Shown one piece after another: positions 51,556 to 64,000 of a DNA stretch of 64,000 nucleotides. The notes beneath the pieces are model-generated. The model did no database searches. It was not told where the DNA came from and saw only the letters and a list, made by a program, of their open reading frames with translations. How positions within the stretch are numbered: position 1 is the first letter of the stretch; each line of letters opens with the position of its first letter. The translations under genes and the position numbers were made by a program. The stretch comes from Camelus dromedarius (taxonomy: Eukaryota), in assembly GCF_036321535.1 (NCBI RefSeq), contig NC_087436.1, positions 13,020,001 through 13,084,000 on the forward strand, given 5' to 3'.

Positions 51556-51926
51556 GTACCGTATACATCACTGTCAGCTAAAGCCTGGGGTCACTTGCTC
51601 ATTTATTATTCTCATTTTCCTCTGATGTAAAATGGTAGTTCTCAAGATGCATCTGCTTTAAGGAGATTTGACTTGATTTACTGTTTAACTTATGCAGATG
51701 ATGGGCACAGAGATTGTATTCAGAGAAGCAACAGTAATTGACCTGTTTGTTAATATTGACCTGCTTTGTAGCTAGCTCACCTGTCCTGGGATGAAGATAC
51801 AGTAGCAAACTTCTTTGCCCCCATTGTGTGTTTTCACAGGGTAGGAGGTGGTACCCAAAGTGAATCAAGGTAGAACATGACTAGTCAACCACATTATTCA
51901 ACGACTTTAATATGGAAACTTATCTT

Positions 51927-52092
51927 TATACTGTAGAGCACAGGGAACTATATTCAATATCTTGTGGTAACCTACAATGAAAAAGAATATGAAAATGAAT
52001 ATATGTATGTATATATATGACTGAACTATGATGCTGAACACCAGAAATTGATACAACATTGTACACTGACTATACTTCAATTTAAAAAAAAA
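51927..52092 (+). mobile_element. Short L1 3' tail
   Basis: Matches 1962-2110 (CTGTAGAGCACAGGGAACTAT...TATACTTCAAT-A tail). Confidence 0.78.
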
Positions 52093-53726
52093 TACACTTG
52101 TAAATTGTTGGAAATAATGTATTTTTAAATGGTTGGATTGATTTGGACATTAAGGCCCTGACTTCTTAAAATTGAGAGATTTTCTTTTTGGTAGAAGCAT
52201 GTATTCACTGTCAGGTACTCTGCAGAAGTGACGTTCACTGTCACTTCCTTTGACTTGCTGTCACCATTTTGCTGGATAACATCTACCAAAGGTCGTGATG
52301 TAGTTTGATGGATATTTATAGGTACAGTGTCATTCTTGTGACATTGGAAGTGAAACTCCTTCAGCCTGATTTGCAGAAGATATCGAAGAGATGGATTACC
52401 ATCACATTCTCTAAAAAATAGTCATGTCTGCATGAGCCTTAGAAAAAAAGTCTCAGATGTATACCATTTGGCCCAACTGTTAGTAAGAGCAGTATTTGGA
52501 ATGGGACTGAATGTGTAGGATTTGGAAGTCATGATTACAGTCTGGCTGTATACTGTTGGAAAATTTCATCAAAATATTTATTAAATCCTATACATATGGC
52601 TCCATTCTGAGGCATGAGTGAGCACCATCTAAAAGCCTGGCTGACAGAGAGATAGTCCAGACCCCACTGCAGATTTCTGTTAGAGCGGGGGTCTCCGAGG
52701 ACTTGTTTCAACAATACTTAAAATGTTTTCTAAAATGGCTAAGTAAGGTCTATTTCAGATTGTGAAAGAGAATGGATAAAATGAGAGTTGTGTCCTGGTA
52801 ATACAGGCATCATGAATCTTGAGCAATTGCCGTGGCTGTTTCAGTTACGGTACTTTTCAAAGATACAAAATGCTAATTGCTGGATGCATTCATATGAGAT
52901 GGGCTACTTTTTCCTCTTACGAGGCTCATTTTTTTAATAAGGAAGACCAAGTGAGATTTTCACTGGTTTTTTGCTATGAAATGTAAAATGGTAAACAGTT
53001 AATGAAAAATCATTTTATAAACTCTGCAAACCTCTTTAATTATTTGAAGACAAGTTTTTATAGGAAGAGCATGTGTTAGAGAAGCAAATAGCAATCCTAA
53101 AAAAAAAAAAACTGACAATTGTAATTCTATATCAGCTATATGGGTGCAAGTCTTTTTTAAAACACATTGCTTGGATGAGTTATATCCTTAAAAGGCAGTA
53201 GGGTAGAGGCGTTTTATTCGTGAAATTTATTATGTGAGTTATAAAATATTTACTTTTTTGTTAATAAAAAAGACAGTTAGTTGAGGGTAGTATAAAGAGA
53301 CTGTAACTCTTAAACAAAAACTAAATCTCTCAAAGAATGTAGCCACACTTACCTTTTTGTAACTTTGTTACTTTTACACATGAAGTGTCATTTGACATGA
53401 AGATGGATACTGTTGGAACCTTGATATTTAAAAAAATTAAAGTAAATGGGTAGATACATAATCCTGTTGTAATCATCTCAGTAGACACTGATACGTAATA
53501 AATTATTTCTGAATTCTCATTCATCCTTATAATTTAAATTAGGATGACTCATCTGATTAAAAATGTTCTCCTTTATTCTAGATAATATATCAATTTAAAG
53601 TGGGTTGAATAATATTCTTTAACAGAAAAAGCTTCTGAATTTTTAGCGACTTAGACATTAAGTAGAGAAAGCATTCTTCTCCAAAGAATATTTATTATGT
53701 ATTCCTTTTCTTCTCTTTCAAAATAG

Positions 53727-53966
53727 GTTTGCTAACTACAACTTGTCCTTTGGATTATGAGCTAAATACCCAGCACATTCTGACCCTTCTGGCAGTGGAT
53801 GATGGAGTCCCAACACTTTCTTCATCCCAGACTTTGACAATTACGGTCCTGGATGTAAATGACGAGGCACCAGTATTTAAGCAGCACCTGTATGAAGCTT
53901 CAGTTAAAGAAAATCAAAACGCAGGAGAGTTTGTCACAAGGGTTGAAGCTGTGGACAGAGATTCAG
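53727..53966 (+). CDS. DCHS2: DCHS2 coding exon (240 nt, phase 1-1): LLTTTCPLDYE...DVNDEAPVF...AVDRDS
   Basis: Pyrimidine tract + aaatag acceptor, CAG|gtaact donor; cadherin motifs in ORF 53729..54022. Confidence 0.94.
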
Positions 53967-54319
53967 GTAACTCAAAAATATGGGAACTATTGAATGCTAA
54001 TAACAAAAATTGGCATAATTGACCAGAACAATGAAAACAGTTGCTAATTATCTCAAACTTCTAATATTTCTTTAACTAGCATACACATGAAAACATACAG
54101 GCATGTAAAGATAATGTGTACTTTTTACAGCATTTGCTTATGTTGCTTTTTATGATTATTTCTAGTGGAGTGATACATAATTAACATACAATTTATTTAT
54201 TTGATCTTGATAATAAACAAGTACAAAATACCATATTTTATTTTTCTGACTGTAACAGATCATTGAGTAAAAGAAGGTAAATGGTTCTCTATTTCCTCTA
54301 TATGTAGCATAAAGGAGGA

Positions 54320-54545
54320 GACAGGGTGCTGGTGTCAGACTGCCTGAGTTTGAATCCTAGAATCACCACTTAAGCTGTTTCACCTTGAACAAACTGTGTT
54401 CAAGGTGAAATGTATATTCTCTCTGATCCTCTCTTTGCTTCTTGGTAAAATGAGGATTGTAATACAGCCTGATTTGTAGTACATATGAATGAGTTATTGC
54501 CTACGAAGAGCTGAGACCAGCATCTGGTCCAATAAATGGTCAAAA
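54320..54545 (+). mobile_element. MIR relic (others at ~2960-3110, ~21080-21250, ~25240-25400)
   Basis: GTCAGACTGCCTGAGTTTGAATCCTAG..GTAAAATGAGGAT core. Confidence 0.65.
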
Positions 54546-55052
54546 TATGTTAACTTACATCATTACTATCATTAATAACATCAACTGCTATGTCCAGACA
54601 AATGACTTTTAGTTATTGTGGCTAGAAATTTGTAAATGTCTTGGAATTGCTTTCCAATATCACTATGACTTTTTGGCATTTAAGCTGCAGTAACTTTAAT
54701 AATAATCTTTTTAAAATTTTAAACAAAATAATTATAAAAATTACAGTGACGTGTTTGCCATTAACAGCAAATATATGCTGAATATTCCCATCTGAATTAA
54801 CATAAATAGTTTAATAAGCTAGTCTTTTAAAATTCACATTTGTATATAGCAAGTGGCAATACATAATCAGTATAATATTTTGTACGTTTCTTGCAAGAAT
54901 TGTAACAGATGTTTCTATGGAAATAATAGTATTAACACTAGCATTTTCTTCCTAGGTTGTTCATCAGAAAAGTAAAAGATACATTTCTCTTGAGCTTTTA
55001 AACTAAATTACATGCCATCTAGATGCTTTGCCCTTTGGAAAACATCGTCTTT

Positions 55053-55221
55053 TTAAAAAAAATTTTATTGAAGTGTACTTGATCTATAGTGTTAGTTTCA
55101 GGTGTACTGCAAAGTGATTCAGTTATACACATACATATTTATGTATTTTTTCTTTTCAGATTCTTTCCCATTATATATTGTTACAGGAAGTTGAATATAG
55201 TTCCCTGTGATATACAGTAGG
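55053..55221 (-). mobile_element. Short L1 3' tail with TSD
   Basis: TGGAAAACATC(G/A)TCTTTT starting at 55036 and 55222; L1 tail sequence between. Confidence 0.75.
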
Positions 55222-57558
55222 TGGAAAACATCATCTTTTAATGAAATGCATTTTACTTGAATTTGTATGTGATGCTACGAAAACTTTCAAGGGCTAACCC
55301 AGTTTTCTCTCTTTTGACCAGAGTGGGGCAGTGTGATCCAAGAGTTTGCTTATTATGCTTAGCAACAGGGCTGGAGTGTGCTAACAGTTGGCTTGTCCCA
55401 ACTGGGGCTTAAAGAATTTATTTAGCACATTTCTGGCGGTATGGTTTTTAGGTGATAGAAACAACAGAAAATATACATAAGCTTTGTGTTTCCAATATTT
55501 CCAACATTCTCTGAGAGCGTTCTCTGGCATATACTGAGTAACACAGGGCTCTGGGCAACACAGAAACCGCTTCCCAAAGCCCACAGACATACTGAATCCA
55601 TCAGTGATGTTGTGTTGATTTAGCAATAATTAAAAGTCTGTAAAATGCTTCTCCCTTTGACCTTACTTTATTTTATTAACTTTATTTTTTTAGAACAGAC
55701 TCTGCTAAAAGGGCTAATTTTCTTTAACATTTGAAGGAGAAAAGAATTTCTCTCAAAACGTTTTGTTTATCAACTAAAGATGATTACCGTAAATATGTTT
55801 TCCAGTTTTTACTGTCAAGTTGCCAAGTGTTAGTGTTACTTTCTTTTGGAGTGAATAGTCTGCAGCCTCTTACTTAGAACTGCAAGTTTATTATTCTAAA
55901 GATCATGGTTTGCCGGAGAATTTAAATACAAAATTGCTGGGTTTCTGGCTTTGCATTTGTGGGTGTTTGAGATACACATTAGCGTCTTCTGAGTCTCATG
56001 ACCCTTCACAAGTTTTGGAGACAATTTTGGCTTACTGGAAATCTCAGTGTCTTTAAAGAGACCAGATCTGTTAAACAAGTGGATATGTAAATGTATGTGA
56101 ATTTGGGTGTGCTTTTGAACGTATTTGCCCTAAATATTTTTTTTTTTTTGCTAGTTGGGTTAAGACAATGAAAAAGGATTATGTATGGGAATTAAAATGA
56201 CATAGTCAGGATTTTACCATAACTGGCATCATATTGGAATTTATGAATGGTTTACTTTATAGTATGTATTTTTTAAAAAAACCATAGCATTACTTAATAC
56301 CAGGGTAACATATGTTTTCTAGCATTCTACAATGCAGTTTTCAAAATGTACGCCTACAGTGTCGTTTGGCATTCAAAACCCATAGGAATTTGAGCACTGA
56401 ATGTTTATGGTGTATGACTCACACTGGTTCTAACAGGAGTTTTTTTCTGGTATTAAAAGGGAAAAACAACTACTATGTTCTAACTAAGATATTAAAACTG
56501 CTACAGCCTTTGGTGCCACCAACAAGAGCTCCATTGTTAGTGAAAAAAGATCTGCCCCCCAGCGTACCTCTCCCCTAGTCCTGGGGGGCGGGGGGAAGGG
56601 AGAAGGCTGCCCCACCAGGGAGGATGACTCAGTCCCGGTGATGCATTGAACCAATCGTGGCGAATAGAAAATAACTCAGCAGTACGTTGCTGTACAAAAA
56701 CGTCCAACTCTATAGTGAAATCTTATGCTCTATCCGATAAAAATGTATTCTGTATCTGGATTTATCTTGAATAAACTCCACATCTGCTTTCCTGGCAACT
56801 GTCTCACGCTGAATGTACAACCGCACCCACCTGCCTACTCTTGGAGCAGTGGAGAAGCACCGCCATGACAGTATTCCATCTATTTCATGGAATCTAAGAC
56901 GCCATTAATTGTAAGATGCATCTAACTTCAGAAATGTTAAAATTTCAGGAGAAAAAATGTCTTAGAATTAATTAAATAGTAAGCAAACAAACAAAAAGGC
57001 CCACTCACCCAAAGACAGTCACTATTAAAACTTTGAAATACAGTCCTATTTCATTTAATCCATGCATTTTGATTATAGGATTGTTTAATTGTCTGCCTGC
57101 CTTTTAAGCTGTGAACTCATGGGTTCAGAACATATTTTATTTGCTTTTATCTCTGGTCCCTATGATAACGCAAGCTATGACATTGGAGCTCAGTAAATGT
57201 TTTCGACTATATGGTCTGAGAAACTGGAGCTTCTGTGAAACTGGCTACTTCAAGTTGCCTTCCCTCTTCAGAACTCATTTGTTTGTTTATTTCTTCATTC
57301 AATCATCCAGGCACAATCCTATTTTTATTTAGAAATGTTTGAGTTGGACCGGCATTGTACAGTTGAGGAACGAAAAACGATCTTCATAAAAAGTAAATCT
57401 GAAAACCACATTCCCTGGTCAGAATTCTTTATTAATTCCTCATGGGTTTGAGGCTAGAGTTCTCTCCTCTTTCAGCTTAACAACCAGGCACTTTAATAAG
57501 TGACTGTAGCTTTCCTCTCTGTCCTCAACTCCTGTCATTTTCCAACCTTTACTCGGGG

Positions 57559-57772
57559 ACCAGGTTATGCAAAATTTTCTCTGTAAAAGACAAGGTACTG
57601 AATTTGAGGGCTTTGCAAGCCATGCGGTCTCTGTCACTCACCTCTGATATTGGAACAAGGCTGCAGCAATAGATAATATGTAAAGAAATGAGTGTGGCTG
57701 GGTTTCAATGGAACTTTACAAAACCCCGGGTCAGGCTGGATTTGGCCAGTAGGCTATACTTTGCCAACCACT
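57559..57772. mobile_element. MER58-like hAT-Charlie relic
   Basis: GCAAAATTTTCTCTGTAAA..GGCTGGATTTGGCC..TTTGCCAACCACTG. Confidence 0.68.
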
Positions 57773-59219
57773 GGTCTAACATGTATCTAAGGAAGACATC
57801 TGAGTGACTTTGCTATTTTCTGCTCATCAGATGCAATATGGGTGGAAACTGATGGCAGTGAGTCGGAAGGGAGATAGAATGAACTCCTTCCCCCCTCCTT
57901 CCTCTCTCTCTTTGTTCCTTCCTTTCTGTGTGTGTTTTTTTTTTTAAACCAGTCAGCAATATCTGAAGTCAGATAGAAGACAAGTCAGGTAACAACTAAA
58001 CACAGACAGTAGATTTTATAACGAGAAGCTCATTGGTGACTGTAGAAAGAATAACTCGAATGGCACTGGCTTCAAGCTAGCCGCAGAGAATGGACAGCAT
58101 TTTTCTAAGAAGCTTGGCTATAGAAGAGGAGGAAAAAAATTCTTGATTTTTACATCTAGAGAAGATTATTTAATAATTATAGTGATTACTTTGATCTCAT
58201 AATGATCACGTCATCTCTTTTTTTAACCAAGACAGAATTTCTAAAAATTCCAGACTGTTAGAATCTGTTGTTCCTGTCTGTCTCATCCCACCTTGTGAAA
58301 ATGGGAACAGTACCATCTTACATCTACTTCTGTTGGTCCTCAAATAGATAGGTGGTGAGCATAATTGGCCAGGCATAGTGCTGCTTGCCAAAGGGACAGC
58401 CCAGTGATGCGTCAAACCAGTGTGGCCTCTGCCTTCACAGAACTTTCATGGAGAGCGGCATCTTTTAATTTGGGACCTTTTATTTTTGAAATAAATCCAC
58501 TCATTTATTATATGATGTCATTATGTGTTATACATTATATATATTACATATTGTATCATATATTATATATGTTTAATTCCCATCACTTGTCAAACCTAGA
58601 AAATGTCTTCATGTGCTTAAACGTAAACTCAAATCTAAAATTTCCTACTACATCAGTACAGTTATTCTCTAATGTGCTTTACCTCTGTATCCAATACTTC
58701 CTGACTTTTTAAAAACTTTCAGATTTTATTATTTCTATTATTCTACATAGACTTTCATCCCTGAGGTAACAATCCACTCCCCTTCAAAACCTCCTCGTTT
58801 ATTATTAAGGATAAATGAGGTCTTTATTTATAACTGGAGTTTGCACAAACACATCTTCACACTCCAGACTTTGCACCCTTCTCTGTTTAAATAATGTGGG
58901 ATAAATTCAAAGTAATATCCTATGGCTCTTTTAGAACTCAGTTAGGGCTTGCTTCTTCCTCCTTATAATCTTCTGGAATAAATACAGCATCTGGTGACTT
59001 CTGGTCATGCTATCTCAAATATATTGATCCTATGTTATTAGACTGTTTTCTCTAGGTCATTAATATGCCTGAAGTTTGTCCCAAATATCCCTTCTCTTTC
59101 AAGTGACATAGTAAGAAGACATATATATTTATCCTCATATAAAACTAGCATTGTATTCCACTTTTTCCAGTGCTCAGTTCAGTATTATACCTAGTAGACC
59201 ATGGCAGAAGAAAATTTAC

Positions 59220-59482
59220 TTTTTTTTAAACATTTTTTATTGAGTTATAGTTTAACAATGTTGTGTCAAATTCCAGTGTAGAGCACAATTTTTCAGTTAT
59301 ACATGAACATACATATATTCATTGTTAATTTTTTTCGCTGTGAGCTGCCACAAGATCTTGTATATATTCCCCTGTGCTATACAGCATAACCTTGTTTATC
59401 TATTCTGCATATGCCTGTCAGTATCTACAAATTTTGAAATCCCAGTCTGTCCCTTCCCACCCCCCACCCCCCGCTCCCTTGG
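59220..59482 (-). mobile_element. Young L1 3' tail
   Basis: Closely similar to 6415-6696; flanked by GAAAAT(T/G)TACTTT repeats. Confidence 0.85.
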
Positions 59483-60359
59483 GAAAATGTACTTTTTAAG
59501 ACTGGCAAGATGGAAATTTGTAATTGAAGTTGTCTGTGAAGTCTAGAGGACAGTATTTCACCTTTTATTAAAGTGTAAAACTATTTACACTGAGTACTGT
59601 ATCTATAGCTAGATTCTTGTTCGTTAAGAAAAGAGCACAGAAATGATCGAAAGGAACTTGCATGAAGTGCAAGTGAGCTTCAATGTCATAGGACAGACTC
59701 GTTCAAGTGAACGGTACGAGTGATCTTCATAACCAGTGATGGAAATGGCGTGACGCTTTTCTTAGGGGAGAAATACAACCACAGAAATAAGGGAAGAATT
59801 ATTTCCAAAATGCGTAATTACGCGGTACCGCATTTCTCACTCCAGATAGGAGACCGAATGCTGAGTAGAAAACAAAGTGAACACAAGACACACACATAAG
59901 CAACTCTATGTGCTGGCCTCCCGTGCTGAAGAATGAACAGAGTAACACAACTGAGCACGAGTTTTTAAACAGGGGTGTCCATCTACAGAAATTATCGCTG
60001 GCCCTGCAAACTTACAATTATGCCATTAAATCACAGTCAGAGGTGTTAGAAGGAGTAATTAGGAATATTAGGGTTGCACACTCATAAGAAATTTTTCATG
60101 AGAGGGAGAAAATCTTAAGCATTCATCATGGAGAAGTCTCATAAGACTTTTGAAAATCAAGTATTTCAGCCCATGAGGCTTTTATTTAACAAGAACAGCC
60201 CAAAGAGCTGTGTTTTTTGTTTTTGTTTTTGACTTTAATTTGAAGGTTAAGTGCCTTGCCTTTTTCATCTGTGGCCTAACAAGTTCATAGGGAAAGGGAA
60301 GACAGACAGATGGATTCCATCGAGATAATTATTTAGTGTTTCTCTGTATTTTCCTTTAG

Positions 60360-60494
60360 GAATCAATTCCAAGCTTCAGTTTGAACTCATGCCAGGTGCT
60401 TCATCCGGGTTGTTCAAGATAAATCCTGTCACTGGAGAGGTAGTGACAGCCACCACACTGGACAGAGAAGTTCAGGAAGTCCTCACCCTTCGAG
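60360..60494 (+). CDS. DCHS2: DCHS2 coding exon (135 nt, phase 1-1): INSKLQFELMPGASSGLFKINPVTGEVVTATTLDREVQEVLTLR
   Basis: ttcctttag acceptor, GAG|gtaagg donor; LDRE motif. Translated by hand. Confidence 0.93.
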
Positions 60495-60708
60495 GTAAGG
60501 GGTCCCTTGAGTGTGCTAAACAAACACACAAAAATAGGCAGACGGGAGGTTAGAGGTGAAATTTTACCTTTCAGTAGGGCGTCTTTAAATACAGTGTTAT
60601 TGATCCAGTGCTACCCAGTTAATTTGGTCTGATGCTGTCTGGTTAGGGCAATATATTGGAGGTATGAATTAAGAGCCACTGTCTGTGTGGTCTTTTATTC
60701 CTTGTCAG

Positions 60709-60918
60709 TACTTGTACGAGACGGGGGAGTCCCTACGCTGTCCGGCACCACAACGATTCTCTGCACCGTGGAAGATGAAAACGATCATGCACCGGAGATT
60801 ATTGTACCCACCCGTGACATTGAGGTTCTGGAAAACCGTGAGCCAGGACTTGTCTACACTGTTTTGGCCTCTGATATGGATGCTGGCAGTAACGGAGCTG
60901 TTAGATATCACATAATTG
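60709..60918 (+). CDS. DCHS2: DCHS2 coding exon (210 nt, phase 1-1): LVRDGGVPTLS...DENDHAPE...ASDMDAGSNGAVRYHII
   Basis: cttgtcag acceptor, TTG|gtaagt donor; follows a 214-nt intron; cadherin motifs. Confidence 0.94.
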
Positions 60919-61257
60919 GTAAGTATTTTCTTTATTTAACACCCACCCCCGCCACCTCTCCAGGATACCAACTTGGTTGGCACACGCTTCATGGCGAGTA
61001 TTCTGCATTTGGTGTCTACACAGTGTCTACACAATACACACCCTGTAGGAAAAACTGACTGGTGCCCTGGGCCTCCTCTCCTCCTCCTCCCCTGAACCTC
61101 TGAGCTCCAAACGCCTCAAAAACCTGCCCTTGACAACTCTTGTTGTTAGTAATCCACTGACATTAGTGAATGTACAGAAGGAACAGATCTTTTTTTTCTA
61201 TTTTCATTTTTCTCATATGATCACTTATTTTTACTAATTTGAGCAATAAAGACTTTC

Positions 61258-64000
61258 TTTTTTGAAAGAGTAAATAAAATCAACAAACCTCTGGCCAAAC
61301 TCACAAAGAAGGAAAAAGAGCACAAATAAGCAAAATAAGAAAGGAAAATGGAGAAATTACAACAAATAACATAGAAATACAGAATATCATATGAGAATAT
61401 TATGAAAAACTATATGGAACCAAACTGGATAACCTAGAGGAGATGGACAAGTTTCTGGAAACATACTGTCCACCAAGACTGGATCAAGAAGAAACTGACC
61501 ATTTGAACAAACTGATCACTAGAAATGAAATCAAATTAGCAATAAAAAACCTCCCTACGAATAAAAGTCCAGGACTGGACAGCATCACCGGGGAATTCTA
61601 CCAAACATACAAAGAAGAACTCATACCAGTCCTTCTCAAACTCTTCCAGAAGACTGAAAAAGAAGGAATACTCCCAAATTCATTCTATGAAGCCACCATC
61701 ACCCTGATACCAAAACCAGGCAAAGACACCACCAAAAAAGGGAATTACAGACCAATATCACTGATGAACATAGATGCAAAAATCCTTTCCAAAATACTAG
61801 CAAATAGAATCCAACAGCACATAAAAAAGATTATACATCATGATCAAGTGGGGTTCATCCCAGGGACACAAGGGTGGTTCAACATATGCAAATCAATCAA
61901 TGTAATACATTACATCGACAAGAGAAAGGACAAAAACGACATGATCATCTCAATAGATGCAGAAAAAGCTTTTGATAAAATTCAACACTCATTTGTGATA
62001 AAAACTCTCACCAAAGTGGGTATAGAGGGAACATATCTCAACATAATAAAAGCTATATATGACAAGCCTACAGCCAGCATAGTACTCAACAGTGAAAGAC
62101 TCAAAGGCTTCCCACTAAAATCTGGGACAAGACAAGGATGCCCACTATCACCACTCCTATTCAACATAGTCTTGGAAGTCCTAGCCACAGAAATCAGACA
62201 AGAGAGAGAAATAAAAGGGATCCAAACTGGAAAAGAAGAGGTAACGGTGTCATTATATGCAGATGACATGATACTATATATAGAAAACCCTCAAAGGTCC
62301 ACACAAAAACTACTAGAGCTGATCGAAGATTCAGCAAGGTAGCAGGTTACAAGATTAACGTTCAAAAATCAGTTACATTTCTTTACACTAACGATGAATC
62401 AACAGAAAAAAGAAAGTAAGAAATAATCCCCTTTAAAATAACACCCAAAGTAATAAAATACCTAGGAATAAATCTAACCAAGGAGGTGAAATACTTATAC
62501 ATGGAAAACTATAAACCATTGATGAAGGAAATTAAAGAAGACTTTTAAAAAATGGAAAGATATCCCATGCTCCTGGATTGGAAGAATCAATATTGTTAAA
62601 ATGGTCACACTACCCAAAGCAATCTACAGATTTAATGCAATCCCTATCAAATTACCCAGGACATATTTCACAGAACTAGAACAAATCATAATAAAATTTA
62701 TATGGAACCATCAAGGACCTAGAAGTGACAAAGCATTACTGAAGAAAAAGAATGAGGCTGGAGGAATAACTCTCCCAGACTTCAGGCAATACTACAGAGC
62801 TACAGTCATCAAGACAGCAAGGTATTGGTACAAAAACAGACATATGGACCAATAGAACAGAATAGAGAGCCCAGAAATGAACCCACAAACTTTTGGTCAA
62901 CTCATCTTCGACAAAGGAGGCAAGAATATACAATGGAATAAAGACAGTCACTTCAGCAAATGGTGTTGGGAAAACTGGACAGCAGCATGTAAAGCAATGA
63001 AGCTAGAACACTCCCTTACACCATACACAAAAATCAACTCAAAATGGATTAAAGACTTAAACATAAGACAAGATACAATAAACCTCCTAGAAGAAAATAT
63101 AGGCAAAACATTATCTGACATACATCTCAAAAATGCTCTCCTAGGGCAGTCTACCCAAGCAACAGAAATAAAAGCAAGAGTAAACAAATGGGACCTAACT
63201 AAACTTACAAGCTTTTGCACAGCAAAGGAAACCATAAGTAAAACAAAACGACAACCTACGGAATGGGAGAAAATTTTTGCCAGTGAAACTGACAAAGGCG
63301 TGATCTCCACACTATATAAGCAGCTCATATGACTTAATAAGAAAAAAACAAATAACCCAATCCAAAAATGGGCAGAAGACCTAAACAAGCAATTCTCCAA
63401 GGAAGACATACAAATGATAAATAGGCACATGAAAAAATGTTCAGTATCACTAATTATCAGAGAAATGCAAATCAAAACTATAATCAGGCATCACCTCACA
63501 CCAGTCAGAATGGCCATCATTCAAAAGTCCACAAATGGCAAATGCTGGAGAGGCTATACTGTTGGTGGGAATGCAGTTTGGTGCAGCCACTGTGGAAAAC
63601 AGTATGGAGATTCCTCAAAAGACTAGGAATAGACTTACCATATGACCCAGGAATCCCACTCCTGGGCTTGTATCCAGAAGGAATCCTACTTCAAAATGAC
63701 ACCTGCACCCCAATGTTCATAGTAGCACTATTTACAATAGCTAAGACATGGAAACAGCCTAAATGTCCATCAACAGATGACTGGATAAAGAAGAGGTGGT
63801 GTATTTATAAAATGGAATACTATTCAGCTGTATAAACTGACAACATAATGCCATTTGCAGCAACATGGATGTTCCTGGAGAATGTCATTCTAAGTGAAGT
63901 AAGCCAGAAAGAGAAAGAAAAATACCATATGAGATCGCTCATATGTGGAATCTAAAAAAAAAAACAAAAAACGAAAAACAAAAAAACACACACACAAATA
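61258..64000 (+). mobile_element. 5'-truncated LINE-1: ORF2 (reverse transcriptase and C-terminal region) with frameshifts/stops, plus start of 3'UTR; runs off the window
   Basis: ORFs 61443..62342, 62601..62855, 62877..63332 and 63437..63835 encode L1 ORF2p pieces ([33 protein letters not shown]). Frame breaks near 62330, 62545, 62853 and 63330, and a small deletion near 63555. Confidence 0.96.

Larger units (their letters stand above)
4257..60918 (+). other. DCHS2: DCHS2 gene, internal portion (11 coding exons, probably exons 2-12); 5' and 3' ends outside the window
   Basis: Eleven AG..GT-bounded exons with compatible phases give one continuous frame of cadherin repeats (DxD, LDRE/LDYE/LDHE, DxND motifs). 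Peptides such as ICVSQDIDRERDPATYDLLV and the long-intron layout match DCHS2 as I recall it, not the compact DCHS1. Exon numbering is from memory of the human gene. Confidence 0.93.

Noticed and set aside
61443..62342. Reverse transcriptase ORF as a retron-like or novel RT system
   Set aside because: Ordinary, disabled LINE-1 ORF2 in a mammalian intron.
1..64000. CRISPR arrays, operons, rRNA or other prokaryotic systems
   Set aside because: No regularly spaced repeat-spacer array or gene-dense region; the sequence is intron-rich mammalian DNA throughout.

Overview
Mammalian (eukaryotic) genomic DNA, most likely a camelid, judged from several tRNA-derived Vic-1-like SINEs. The whole window lies inside a + strand giant protocadherin gene recognisable as DCHS2 (dachsous cadherin-related 2). 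Eleven internal coding exons (192, 232, 237, 1017, 188, 100, 158, 844, 240, 135 and 210 nt; 3553 nt in total) have canonical AG/GT boundaries and compatible phases, and join into one open frame of tandem cadherin (EC) repeats. The first and last exons lie outside the window. The introns hold an antisense, decayed processed pseudogene of KLHDC4 (~9.5-11.0 kb), a 5'-truncated sense LINE-1 with a broken ORF2 (61.3 kb to the end), many short L1 3' tails with target-site duplications (one chimeric, one 5'-inverted), SINEs, MaLR/ERVL LTRs, MER DNA transposons, MIR/L2 relics and simple repeats. I found no convincing novel multi-gene system. The best leads are splice-regulatory oddities in DCHS2, a polybasic PRRARS motif in the ectodomain, the KLHDC4 retrocopy structure and the retrotransposon architectures. 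Gene and repeat family names come from recalled sequences, not from a database search; repeat boundaries are approximate.
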